Virus record (IMG/VR): IMGVR_UViG_2541047931_000009
Reading direction: 5' to 3' (one strand)
DNA: 15,450 nt
Origin: a virus
Lineage: Duplodnaviria > Heunggongvirae > Uroviricota > Caudoviricetes
The translations under genes were made by a program, and so were the position numbers. The notes under the pieces were generated by a model. That model ran no database searches, was not told the origin of the DNA, and saw nothing but the letters and a program-made list of their open reading frames with translations. Numbering within the stretch: the first letter of the stretch is position 1; every line of letters starts with the position of its first letter. Shown piece by piece: positions 1-9,417 of the stretch.

Positions 1-71
1 ACCAAAGCATGACATCTCTGTTTCGCACCGAAGGTGACACTTCTGCTTTGCGTTGACAGGAGAAGCAGGCT

Positions 72-227
72 ATGAAGCAGCAAAAGGCGATGTTAATCGC
101 CCTGATCGTCATCTGTTTAACCGTCATAGTGACGGCACTGGTAACGAGGAAAGACCTCTGCGAGGTACGAATCCGAACCGGCCAGACGGAGGTCGCTGTC
201 TTCACAGCTTACGAACCTGAGGAGTAA
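72..227 (+). CDS. hokD: Hok/Gef family small membrane toxin, 51 aa
   Basis: ATG 72 to TAA 225-227 translates to MKQQKAMLIALIVICLTVIVTALVTRKDLCEVRIRTGQTEVAVFTAYEPEE: one TM helix plus the conserved Hok C-terminal tail. Below the 60-aa cutoff of the ORF track. Confidence 0.9.
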   Translation: MKQQKAMLIALIVICLTVIVTALVTRKDLCEVRIRTGQTEVAVFTAYEPEE

Positions 228-295
228 GAGACCCGGCGGGGGAGAAATCCCTCGCCACCTCTGATGTGGCAGGCATCCTCAACGCACCCGCACTT

Positions 296-320
296 AACCC
301 GCTTCGGCGGGTTTTTGTTT
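296..320 (+). terminator. Rho-independent terminator after hokD
   Basis: Stem AACCCGC / GCGGGTT with TTCG loop (296-313) followed by TTTTGTTTTTATTTT. Confidence 0.6.
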
Positions 321-425
321 TTATTTTCAACGCGTTTGAAGTTCTGGACGGTGCCGGAATAGAATCAAAAATCTTGCGCGGGGCTGAACTCCCGCTGAGT
401 AACACCGTGCCACCGGAGAAAACCG

Positions 426-704
426 ATGGCACGCAACGCAAAATATTACAATTCTGATAATTCGCCCGTTCTTGCCTGCACGCACGGGCGGTATTCTCAC
501 GCATTCAAGTCTGAATGGTTCCAGCACCCTCCATGCACTGCAGAACAGGCCGAATGGCTGATTCATTCTTACCGCAGGCGCGGGTTCGAGGTTAAGAAAG
601 CTCTCAGTCTCGACTATCGGCACTGGATAATCTCTGTCAGGCTGCCTTATTCCGAACGCCCACCACGTGCGTCCCGCACTTTCCAGCAACGGATCTGGAG
701 GTAA
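426..704 (+). CDS. rem: Small prophage protein, 92 aa (rem-like position between hokD and ydfU)
   Basis: ATG 426 preceded by GGAGAAAA 6 nt upstream; stop TAA 702-704 lies 1 nt before the ydfU GTG start, suggesting translational coupling. Name assigned from position, from memory. Confidence 0.5.
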   Translation: MARNAKYYNSDNSPVLACTHGRYSHAFKSEWFQHPPCTAEQAEWLIHSYRRRGFEVKKALSLDYRHWIISVRLPYSERPPRASRTFQQRIWR

Positions 705-705
705 C

Positions 706-1755
706 GTGCGGGTATTACTTAGACCTGTTCTGGTGCCTGAGCTTGGGCTGGTGGTCCTTAAGCCGGGCCGTGAATCCATACAGATATTTCATAATCCTCG
801 AGTGCTGGTGGAACCGGAACCAAAAAGCATGCGTAATCTGCCATCCGGAGTCGTTCCTGCCGTTCGCCAGCCGCTGGCGGAAGACAAAACATTGCTGCCG
901 TTTTTTAGTAACGAACGGGTGATTCGTGCTGCTGGCGGCGTTGGCGCATTGTCCGACTGGCTATTACGTCATGTTACATCCTGCCAGTGGCCTAATGGCG
1001 ATTACCATCACACTGAAACAGTCATTCACCGTTATGGTACCGGCGCAATGGTGTTGTGCTGGCACTGCGACAACCAACTGCGTGACCAGACATCGGAATC
1101 ACTGGAGCTGCTTGCTCAACAAAATCTGACAGCATGGGTGATTGACGTCATCCGTCACGCAATAAGCGGTACGCAGGAGCGGGAATTATCTTTGGCTGAA
1201 TTATCCTGGTGGGCGGTCTGCAATCAGGTGGTGGATGCACTACCTGAGGCTGTATCGCGTCGTTCGCTGGGATTACCAGCGGAAAAAATCTGCTCGGTGT
1301 ACCGCGAAAGCGACATCGTACCGGGAGAGCAGACCGCCACCAGCATATTGAAACAACGCACAAAAAATCTTGCACCGTTGCCTTACGCCCACCAGCAACA
1401 AAAATCACCACAGGAAAAGACGGTGGTAAGCATCACCGTTGATCCAGAGTCTCCGGAATCTTTCATGAAGCTGCCTAAACGTCGCCGCTGGGTTAAGGAG
1501 AAATACACACGTTGGGTTAAGACACAGCCGTGTGCTTGCTGCGGTATGCCAGCCGACGATCCGCATCATCTGATTGGTCACGGGCAGGGCGGAATGGGAA
1601 CAAAAGCACATGATCTCTTTGTGTTGCCTTTGTGCAGAAAGCATCACAACGAGCTGCATACGGATACAGTGGCATTTGAAGATAAGTATGGCTCCCAACT
1701 GGAGCTGATATTTCGTTTTATCGATCGCGCGCTGGCAATTGGCGTACTGGCGTAA
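706..1755 (+). CDS. ydfU: DUF968 prophage protein with C-terminal HNH-like Cys/His motif, 349 aa
   Basis: GTG 706 with SD GGAGGT at 695-700, in frame with the 667 ORF of the track. C-terminal CACCG...DPHHLIGHG...CRKHHNELH motif. Length matches recalled YdfU. Confidence 0.8.
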   Translation: MRVLLRPVLVPELGLVVLKPGRESIQIFHNPRVLVEPEPKSMRNLPSGVVPAVRQPLAEDKTLLPFFSNERVIRAAGGVGALSDWLLRHVTSCQWPNGDYHHTETVIHRYGTGAMVLCWHCDNQLRDQTSESLELLAQQNLTAWVIDVIRHAISGTQERELSLAELSWWAVCNQVVDALPEAVSRRSLGLPAEKICSVYRESDIVPGEQTATSILKQRTKNLAPLPYAHQQQKSPQEKTVVSITVDPESPESFMKLPKRRRWVKEKYTRWVKTQPCACCGMPADDPHHLIGHGQGGMGTKAHDLFVLPLCRKHHNELHTDTVAFEDKYGSQLELIFRFIDRALAIGVLA

Positions 1756-1768
1756 GTGGAGAACGAGC

Positions 1769-2521
1769 ATGAACCTTGAAGCCTTACCAAAATATTACTC
1801 CCCAAAATCTCCAAAATTGAGCGATGACGCTCCAGCGACAGGCACCGGTTGTTTAACAATTACGGATGTAATGGCAGCGCAGGGGATGGTGCAGTCGAAA
1901 GCACCACTTGGGTTGGCCTTATTTCTGGCAAAAGTTGGTGTTCAGGACCCTCAGTTTGCGATTGAAGGCCTGCTAAATTACGCGATGGCACTGGATAACC
2001 CGACATTGAACAAATTGAGTGAAGAAATCCGGTTACAGATTATTCCTTACCTCGTGAGTTTTGCCTTTGCTGATTACTCCAGGTCTGCGGCAAGTAAGGC
2101 TCGCTGTGAGCATTGTTCAGGTACGGGATTTTATAATGTATTGCGCGAAGTGGTGAAACACTACAGACGCGGGGAATCTGTAATCAAGGAAGAATGGGTG
2201 AAGGAACTATGTCAGCATTGCCATGGTAAGGGCGAAGCCAGTACAGCGTGCAGAGGGTGTAAGGGTAAAGGGATTGTTCTGGATGAAAAAAGAACCCGGT
2301 TTCATGGCGTACCGGTATATAAGATTTGTGGGCGTTGTAATGGAAACCGGTTTAGTCGTTTACCGACCACGCTGGCACGACGTCATGTCCAGAAGCTGGT
2401 ACCAGACCTGACCGATTATCAGTGGTATAAGGGGTATGCGGACGTCATTGGTAAACTGGTAACAAAGTGCTGGCAGGAAGAAGCATACGCGGAAGCGCAA
2501 TTGAGGAAGGTGACGAGATAA
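1769..2521 (+). CDS. quuQ: Late-gene antiterminator Q family protein, 250 aa
   Basis: ATG 1769 with GGAG at 1758-1761; four Cys-pair motifs (CEHCSGTG, CQHCHGKG, CRGCKGKG, CGRCNGNR) suggest Zn binding; immediately followed by a promoter-like site and a strong terminator, as expected for Q. Confidence 0.8.
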   Translation: MNLEALPKYYSPKSPKLSDDAPATGTGCLTITDVMAAQGMVQSKAPLGLALFLAKVGVQDPQFAIEGLLNYAMALDNPTLNKLSEEIRLQIIPYLVSFAFADYSRSAASKARCEHCSGTGFYNVLREVVKHYRRGESVIKEEWVKELCQHCHGKGEASTACRGCKGKGIVLDEKRTRFHGVPVYKICGRCNGNRFSRLPTTLARRHVQKLVPDLTDYQWYKGYADVIGKLVTKCWQEEAYAEAQLRKVTR

Positions 2522-2552
2522 ATGATTTTTGCTGAAGATGGCGACATGATGT

Positions 2553-2581
2553 TTGCATTTTTCAAAAAATATGGATAAAAT
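2553..2581 (+). promoter_or_regulatory. Putative late promoter (PR-prime-like) downstream of Q
   Basis: TTGCAT (2553-2558), 17-nt spacer, TAAAAT (2576-2581); position analogous to lambda PR-prime/qut after the Q gene. Confidence 0.35.
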
Positions 2582-2626
2582 TTTTTCAACGATGGGCTTT
2601 GTATACCCGACGTTAAGAAAAAGTAG

Positions 2627-2650
2627 AAAACCCGCTGATGAGCGGGTTTT
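2627..2650 (+). terminator. Rho-independent terminator (tR-prime-like)
   Basis: Perfect 10-bp stem AAAACCCGCT / AGCGGGTTTT with GATG loop, then TTTTGTGCTTT. Confidence 0.7.
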
Positions 2651-2942
2651 GTGCTTTAAATGGGGCAATGGTAATGTTGAATCTCATCCCGGGACTCATG
2701 TCTGTTAACTTATTATTTAGCTGGTGACTTGGTTATTTGCCTGATGTTTAAAATGTTTTCTTCCAGTACAATGTCCCTAAACACAATGAGTCTGCTTATT
2801 ATATTATTAGCAGAGCTATTACGGCCAAAGTACAGCATAAGCTTTTAAAGCCAATCAACCAGTCATCAAGACAGACGGGGTTATTCATAAAAACTCTCCA
2901 TGTGTGATCCGATGGGGCCTGAAATTAAAGCTTTAATATAGC

Positions 2943-3155
2943 TCATGAAAGGTAAACATTGGCAGTTGAAGGGCCACGCAGACCATTTATCCGGCAAAAT
3001 TCCACGCGTAATCCGGTGGTAATTTCTTCTGCATCGCGGAGATTGAGCGCTGAAACATGAAGCTGGACATCGATACGACCATCGGATGGGGTGATAAGAC
3101 CCTTGCCGCTTTTGCCGTCAAAGGTTTTGACAATTCCTGTCATTTTACGGGACAA
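2943..3155 (-). CDS. cspF: Cold-shock protein family (CspA paralog), 70 aa
   Basis: Translation [39 protein letters not shown]... has the cold-shock-domain fold pattern; divergent from cspB. Confidence 0.9.
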   Translation of the reverse strand: MSRKMTGIVKTFDGKSGKGLITPSDGRIDVQLHVSALNLRDAEEITTGLRVEFCRINGLRGPSTANVYLS

Positions 3156-3279
3156 AAAAATTCCTTAATACTGATAACTTGGCGCACTATACACACGTTC
3201 CTGAAGAAAGCTATAGTTTTTTGATGGGGTTGAAGATGGCTGGATGTCTAAAATAAACATTGCTTCATATGTTCAACTA

Positions 3280-3455
3280 TGCGTTAATGATTGCGTCGGT
3301 TTGAAGAACAGACGATATACGAAGTAGTTTACTAAAGCAGTTCTCATTTCAGGTGTTATTCACTTATTCCTTCTTTGAGTCTCTCCAATTAAGTACGAAG
3401 TCGTTTCTGTTATGCAAACCATTTATGCCGAAAGGCTCAAGTTAAGGAATGTAGA
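3280..3455 (+). promoter_or_regulatory. cspB promoter and long cold-shock 5-prime UTR (cold-box-like and upstream-box elements)
   Basis: ATGCGTTAATG core (3278-3290) shared with the cspI upstream region; CGGTTTGAAGAACAGACG (3297-3314) resembles the cspA cold box; GCCGAAAGGC (3427-3436) matches the cspA upstream box just 5-prime of SD AAGGA. Confidence 0.55.
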
Positions 3456-3671
3456 ATGTCAAATAAAATGACTGGTTTAGTAAAATGGTTTAACGCTGAT
3501 AAAGGTTTCGGCTTTATTTCTCCTGTTGATGGTAGTAAAGATGTGTTTGTGCATTTTTCTGCGATTCAGAATGATAATTATCGAACCTTATTTGAAGGTC
3601 AAAAGGTTACCTTCTCTATAGAGAGTGGTGCTAAAGGTCCTGCAGCAGCAAATGTCATCATTACTGATTAA
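3456..3671 (+). CDS. cspB: Cold-shock protein CspB, 71 aa
   Basis: [38 protein letters not shown]... with RNP1-like KGFGFI and RNP2-like VFVHF motifs. Confidence 0.93.
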   Translation: MSNKMTGLVKWFNADKGFGFISPVDGSKDVFVHFSAIQNDNYRTLFEGQKVTFSIESGAKGPAAANVIITD

Positions 3672-3952
3672 AATTCATCGCTCGTCTGTATACGATAACG
3701 AAGAAGGCTGATGCCTGAGTAGAGATACGGACAGAGTAGTGAATATTGGATCTCTTTAATAAAAAGTAAGGAGGTCCAATACATGAAACAATGGCTAGCA
3801 TATTTGGCAAAATCTTAATCAGGAAAAGTATGCTAACCATTGTGGTGAAGTGCAGGTTTGCTGCATGAATAGTTTTACAGCAGAAGCTAACTGCTGGCAT
3901 GGCAAAACAAAGTGCGTAAGTGGATGACTCCCACAAAAAGCACCACAATCTC

Positions 3953-3975
3953 AAACCCGCTCAGGCGGGTTTTTT
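3953..3975 (+). terminator. Rho-independent terminator about 280 nt downstream of cspB
   Basis: Stem AAACCCGC / GCGGGTTT with TCAG loop, followed by TTTTTATTAT. Confidence 0.6.
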
Positions 3976-4034
3976 ATTATCTGCTTTAAATATATTATTA
4001 AAATATAAAAAATACTTGTTACTAATAAAATCAA

Positions 4035-4205
4035 TCAGGCTACAGCTTTAAGATTTGTCTGGAATACTTTGTTGCAATGAGGGCAGATCAAAAGGGCACC
4101 TTTTTGTACTCTTGAAAAACTGTGTTCTGACTCTTGGGTGCAGTTTGGGCAGGAACATTTAACGAGATAATTACGGCGTGATTTTGAGTTTTTACGTTCT
4201 GACAT
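4035..4205 (-). CDS. Small basic Zn-ribbon protein, 56 aa (CxxC...CxxC), unknown function
   Basis: Minus-strand ATG at 4205 preceded by SD AGGAAAAG at about 6 nt; MSERKNSKSRRNYLVKCSCPNCTQESEHSFSRVQKGALLICPHCNKVFQTNLKAVA. The track ORF (73 aa from 4256) has no SD at its start. Confidence 0.5.
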   Translation of the reverse strand: MSERKNSKSRRNYLVKCSCPNCTQESEHSFSRVQKGALLICPHCNKVFQTNLKAVA

Positions 4206-4424
4206 AGGCTTTTCCTGTATAAATGGCCGTATACAGTACACTAAATATGAAAACATTTCTCGTATTATTATTTTATATATGACTTTCTTTCAAAATAATT
4301 ACCCACATTTTTAATGTGTATGTTTTTTTAGCGCCGTTGAGAACAACGTGTGCTGTCAAAACTACCCCGTAGACTCCGATCTTTTCAAACATATTGCACC
4401 ATCCGTGTACATCGGGGTGAGGAT

Positions 4425-4640
4425 ATGAAATCAATGGATAAGTTAACAACAGGTGTTGCCTATGGCACATCGGCGGGTAATGCTGGTTTCTGGGCATTGC
4501 AGTTACTCGATAAAGTAACTCCGTCACAGTGGGCTGCAATCGGTGTGCTGGGTAGCCTGGTTTTTGGCCTGCTGACGTATCTGACAAATCTTTATTTCAA
4601 GATTAAAGAAGACAGGCGTAAGGCTGCGAGAGGAGAGTAA
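4425..4640 (+). CDS. essQ: Phage-21-type class II holin (pinholin) with dual-start motif, 71 aa
   Basis: [31 protein letters not shown]...: two TM segments, Met1-Lys-Ser-Met4 dual start, charged C-terminus; sits directly upstream of the endolysin. Confidence 0.85.
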   Translation: MKSMDKLTTGVAYGTSAGNAGFWALQLLDKVTPSQWAAIGVLGSLVFGLLTYLTNLYFKIKEDRRKAARGE

Positions 4641-4644
4641 TCCA

Positions 4645-4952
4645 ATGACTCAAGACTATGAACTGGTTGTGAAAGGAGTCCGTAATTTTGAGAATAAAGT
4701 TACGGTAACTGTAGCCTTACAGGACAAAGAACGCTTTGACGGTGAAATTTTTGACCTGGATGTCGCCATGGACCGTGTTGAAGGAGCTGCGCTGGAGTTT
4801 TATGAGGCAGCAGCCAGAAGGAGCGTCCGGCAAGTCTTCCTGGAAGTAGCAGAAAAATTGTCAGAAAAAGTTGAGTCTTATCTGCAGCATCAGTACTCCT
4901 TTAAGATTGAAAATCCTGCCAATAAGCACGAGCGTCCTCATCATAAATATCT

Positions 4953-4956
<4 letters not shown>
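4645..4956 (+). CDS. ydfR: DUF1327-type prophage protein, 103 aa
   Basis: ATG 4645 with SD GGAGAG; stop overlaps the rrrQ start (ATGA at 4953-4956). Confidence 0.8.
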
Positions 4957-5980
<1,024 letters not shown>

Positions 5981-6182
5981 GGTAATATTAAATCGGAACA
6001 TTTACATCGCGGAATGTAAAATTTAAATAAAAAGGACTCTTCCATGAGCCAAAATTCCTGAAATCTTAAGGGTAAGATAAAAGGTCTTAATCAGAATGAC
6101 ACGTTTTATTAATAAATAAAGCTATTCTTTCATTGCTGTGTTTTTCTTTACAAAAGTAATCCTTGCTATGGGTGGTTAATCA

Positions 6183-6343
6183 TGCGTTAATGGTGTTCTG
6201 GTTTGTTACAAATTTATCTGAAGCAGTCATTGTTATAATTTTATTATTTGTACCTCTTGAGATTTCCTTGTTGGTTTTTCTCTCTGATATTTTTTTTTCG
6301 GACCATTCTGCCCAAGGGCTAATTTCTTCAAAAGGTAATAATT
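6183..6343 (+). promoter_or_regulatory. cspI promoter and long 5-prime UTR
   Basis: Same ATGCGTTAATG core (6182-6192) as upstream of cspB; about 150-nt AT-rich leader; degenerate upstream-box-like GCCCAAGGGC near 6311-6320. Confidence 0.45.
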
Positions 6344-6556
6344 ATGTCTAACAAAATGACTGGTTTAGTGAAATGGTTTAACCCTGAAAAAGGTTTTGGT
6401 TTCATCACGCCGAAAGATGGCAGCAAAGATGTGTTTGTCCATTTCTCAGCAATTCAGAGCAACGATTTCAAAACATTAACTGAGAATCAGGAAGTTGAAT
6501 TTGGTATTGAGAACGGACCTAAAGGTCCTGCCGCTGTTCATGTTGTGGCGCTTTGA
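6344..6556 (+). CDS. cspI: Cold-shock protein CspI, 70 aa
   Basis: [38 protein letters not shown]...; paralog of cspB (first 13 codons nearly identical at nucleotide level). Confidence 0.93.
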   Translation: MSNKMTGLVKWFNPEKGFGFITPKDGSKDVFVHFSAIQSNDFKTLTENQEVEFGIENGPKGPAAVHVVAL

Positions 6557-6755
6557 GGTAGACAATATTACAAACCATATTCACTTTAGATGCCCGTGTT
6601 GTCATGGTTCCCAGTATAGAACATCATCTTTTGATGTTTCTGACATGAATCCTTTCGGGGCAAAATGTATCTTTTGTAAATCAATGATGATTACATTTGA
6701 TAATATTTCACAATACTTAAATGCCAGCCGTCTGTCGTTGGATTTAAAAAAGTGA
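6540..6755 (+). CDS. ynfQ: Small Zn-ribbon protein (CPCC...C..C), YmcF/YnfQ-like position next to a csp gene
   Basis: In-frame ATG 6540 overlaps the last 17 nt of cspI; [33 protein letters not shown] motif; strong terminator immediately downstream. Exact start uncertain. Confidence 0.4.
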   Translation: MLWRFEVDNITNHIHFRCPCCHGSQYRTSSFDVSDMNPFGAKCIFCKSMMITFDNISQYLNASRLSLDLKK

Positions 6756-6760
6756 AAATG

Positions 6761-6784
6761 AAGGCTCCTTCGGGAGCTTTTTTG
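6761..6784 (+). terminator. Rho-independent terminator with UUCG tetraloop
   Basis: Stem AAGGCTCC / GGGAGCTT around TTCG loop, followed by TTTTTT. Confidence 0.7.
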
Positions 6785-6903
6785 CTTGGTGTCTATTCGA
6801 TGGATACTCACATACTACGGTAACATCATGAAAAAAATCATAGTTTTTTTTTAACTCTGAACCAGCAGTGGTAGTGCCAGCGATGACTGGAGTTAACACC
6901 ATC

Positions 6904-7059
6904 ATGCGTGAATATCCAAATGGCGAAAAAACACACCTTACTGTAATGGCCGCAGGGTTTCCATCTCTGACCGGAGATCATAAAGTCATTTATGTAGCCG
7001 CGGATCGACATGTTACTTCAGAAGAAATTCTGGAAGCAGCAATAAGGCTCTTGAGTTGA
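6904..7059 (+). CDS. ynfN: Small prophage protein, 51 aa
   Basis: ATG 6904 gives MREYPNGEKTHLTVMAAGFPSLTGDHKVIYVAADRHVTSEEILEAAIRLLS; matches recalled YnfN length and sequence. The track ORF starts upstream at 6868. Confidence 0.6.
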   Translation: MREYPNGEKTHLTVMAAGFPSLTGDHKVIYVAADRHVTSEEILEAAIRLLS

Positions 7060-7230
7060 TTTGATGCTATTGCATTGATAATTCAGGAAAATTCTCTTTG
7101 TCTGTTTGTGTAAAATTTAGACTATCGTATGTTGATTATTGCGATGTTTCATCTTATCTTTTACACGTTTGCACCATATAATCGACTTACTGTGTAACTG
7201 GAAAGTCATAACAGACTAAAAGAGGAAATG

Positions 7231-7404
7231 ATGAATATTGAAAACTTAAAAACAAAAGCAGAAGCAGATATTTCTGAATATATAACAAAAAAAATTATTG
7301 AACTTAAGAAAAAGACCGGGAAAGAAGTTACCAGTATTCAGTTTACCGCACGGGAAAAAATGACGGGTCTTGAAAGCTATGATGTCAAGATTAATTTAAT
7401 CTGA
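7231..7404 (+). CDS. gnsB: GnsA/GnsB family small protein, 57 aa
   Basis: ATG 7231 preceded by AGAGGAAA; MNIENLKTKAEADISEYITKKIIELKKKTGKEVTSIQFTAREKMTGLESYDVKINLI; below the track cutoff. Confidence 0.85.
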   Translation: MNIENLKTKAEADISEYITKKIIELKKKTGKEVTSIQFTAREKMTGLESYDVKINLI

Positions 7405-7433
7405 TGTATTCAATAATAAAATTTATCCATAAA

Positions 7434-7453
7434 CCTCGTTTTTACGGGGTTTT
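7434..7453 (+). terminator. Rho-independent terminator after gnsB
   Basis: Stem CCTCGT / ACGGGG with TTTT loop, followed by TTTTGTT. Confidence 0.5.
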
Positions 7454-7555
7454 GTTATATTTGAATGGTTCCGAATATCTAAATCACAATTGTTGATGGT
7501 TTTTATTAAACCAATGCAGTCCGGCTCAGGAGTGAGAGAAGCCGGACGTTATGGT

Positions 7556-7966
7556 TTAGCGTGGTAAGATCTGTGTAGTTTTCTGGATGCTTTCAGTAAA
7601 TAGTAATGAATTATCAAAGGTATAGTAATATCTTTTTTGTTCGTGGATATTTGTAACCCACCGAAAAACTCCTGCTTTAGCAAGGTTTCTTCTGTATTCC
7701 TGAAATGTGATCTCTCTGGATTTCAGCTTATTAGAGGTCGTTTCTATAAGATGCCTATCCTTTGAAAATTTGACAGACACAATGTTTTTTAGGCCCTTTA
7801 ATAACACTGTATTATCATTTTTTAATACAATATGAACATTCTCTGTGGCTAAATAGTAAATGTAATGTGAGACATTGTGACGTTTTAGCTCAGAATAAAA
7901 CCATTGATAGTTTAAATCGTTTCGAACTTTATCAAATATTTGTTTAAAAATGACTACCTGATCCAT
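7556..7966 (-). CDS. ydfO: DUF1398 (YbcV/YdfO family) prophage protein, 136 aa
   Basis: Minus-strand ATG at 7966 (MDQVVIFKQ...) preceded by GGAAGG; the track start at 7981 adds 5 codons without a better SD. Confidence 0.8.
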
Positions 7967-8023
7967 AGATAAACCTTCCATGTGATATGAGGGGGCGTAG
8001 TCTGCACGATTATCTAAATTGCT

Positions 8024-8197
8024 TCAATCTGGTCTGACCTGTTTTCTGAGCAATTCAGTAATGTCACTCTTTTCTTTGTTTGCTTCAGAAGAAACTCTTT
8101 TTTCTGAGCACAGTCTCCGGCGGCAGGCTTCAATGACCCAGGCTGAGAAATTCCCGGACCCTTTTTGCTCAAGAGCGATGTTAATTTGTTCAATCAT
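8024..8197 (-). pseudogene. ynfO: Small ORF (57 aa from internal ATG) whose 5-prime region is replaced by the IS5 end; ynfO-like by position
   Basis: The 83-aa track ORF draws its first 23 codons from IS5 terminal sequence (8206-8275); the native part starts at the IS5 junction. Upstream region and possibly the N-terminus are lost. Confidence 0.4.
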
Positions 8198-8205
8198 TTG
8201 GTTAG

Positions 8206-9400
<1,195 letters not shown>

Positions 9401-9417
9401 TTAACGATTCACTGGAT

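Noticed and set aside
202-779. Minus-strand ORFs 202-504 (100 aa) and 327-779 (150 aa)
   Set aside because: Antisense to the hok terminator, rem and the ydfU start; no SD, Arg/Pro-rich low-complexity translation. The plus-strand genes have proper starts and coupling.
926-1859. ORFs 926-1129 (+), 1148-1411 (-), 1405-1770 (-), 1644-1859 (-)
   Set aside because: All lie inside ydfU or the quuQ start in alternative frames or antisense; no independent signals.
2223-2668. ORFs 2223-2411 (+) and 2360-2668 (-)
   Set aside because: Internal to or antisense of quuQ, and the minus one runs through the terminator hairpin; judged frame noise.
3661-3954. Minus-strand 97-aa ORF downstream of cspB
   Set aside because: Overlaps the cspB 3-prime end, Cys/Phe-rich with no SD; the region is better explained by the plus-strand SD-driven micro-ORF and terminator.
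5981-6060. Possible terminator after rzpQ (CATTTACA...TGTAAAAT)
   Set aside because: Stem is only about 6 AT-rich base pairs with a 7-nt loop and no clean T-tract; too weak to call.
6163-6351. 62-aa plus-strand ORF upstream of cspI
   Set aside because: Lies within the cspI leader and runs into the cspI start; hydrophobic low-complexity translation from an AT-rich UTR. Treated as leader sequence.
6602-6811. Minus-strand 69-aa ORF
   Set aside because: Antisense to the ynfQ-like ORF and crosses the terminator hairpin; no SD.
6828-6875. 15-codon ORF MKKIIVFFLTLNQQW with a T9 run
   Set aside because: No SD and very short; noted only as a homopolymer tract upstream of ynfN.
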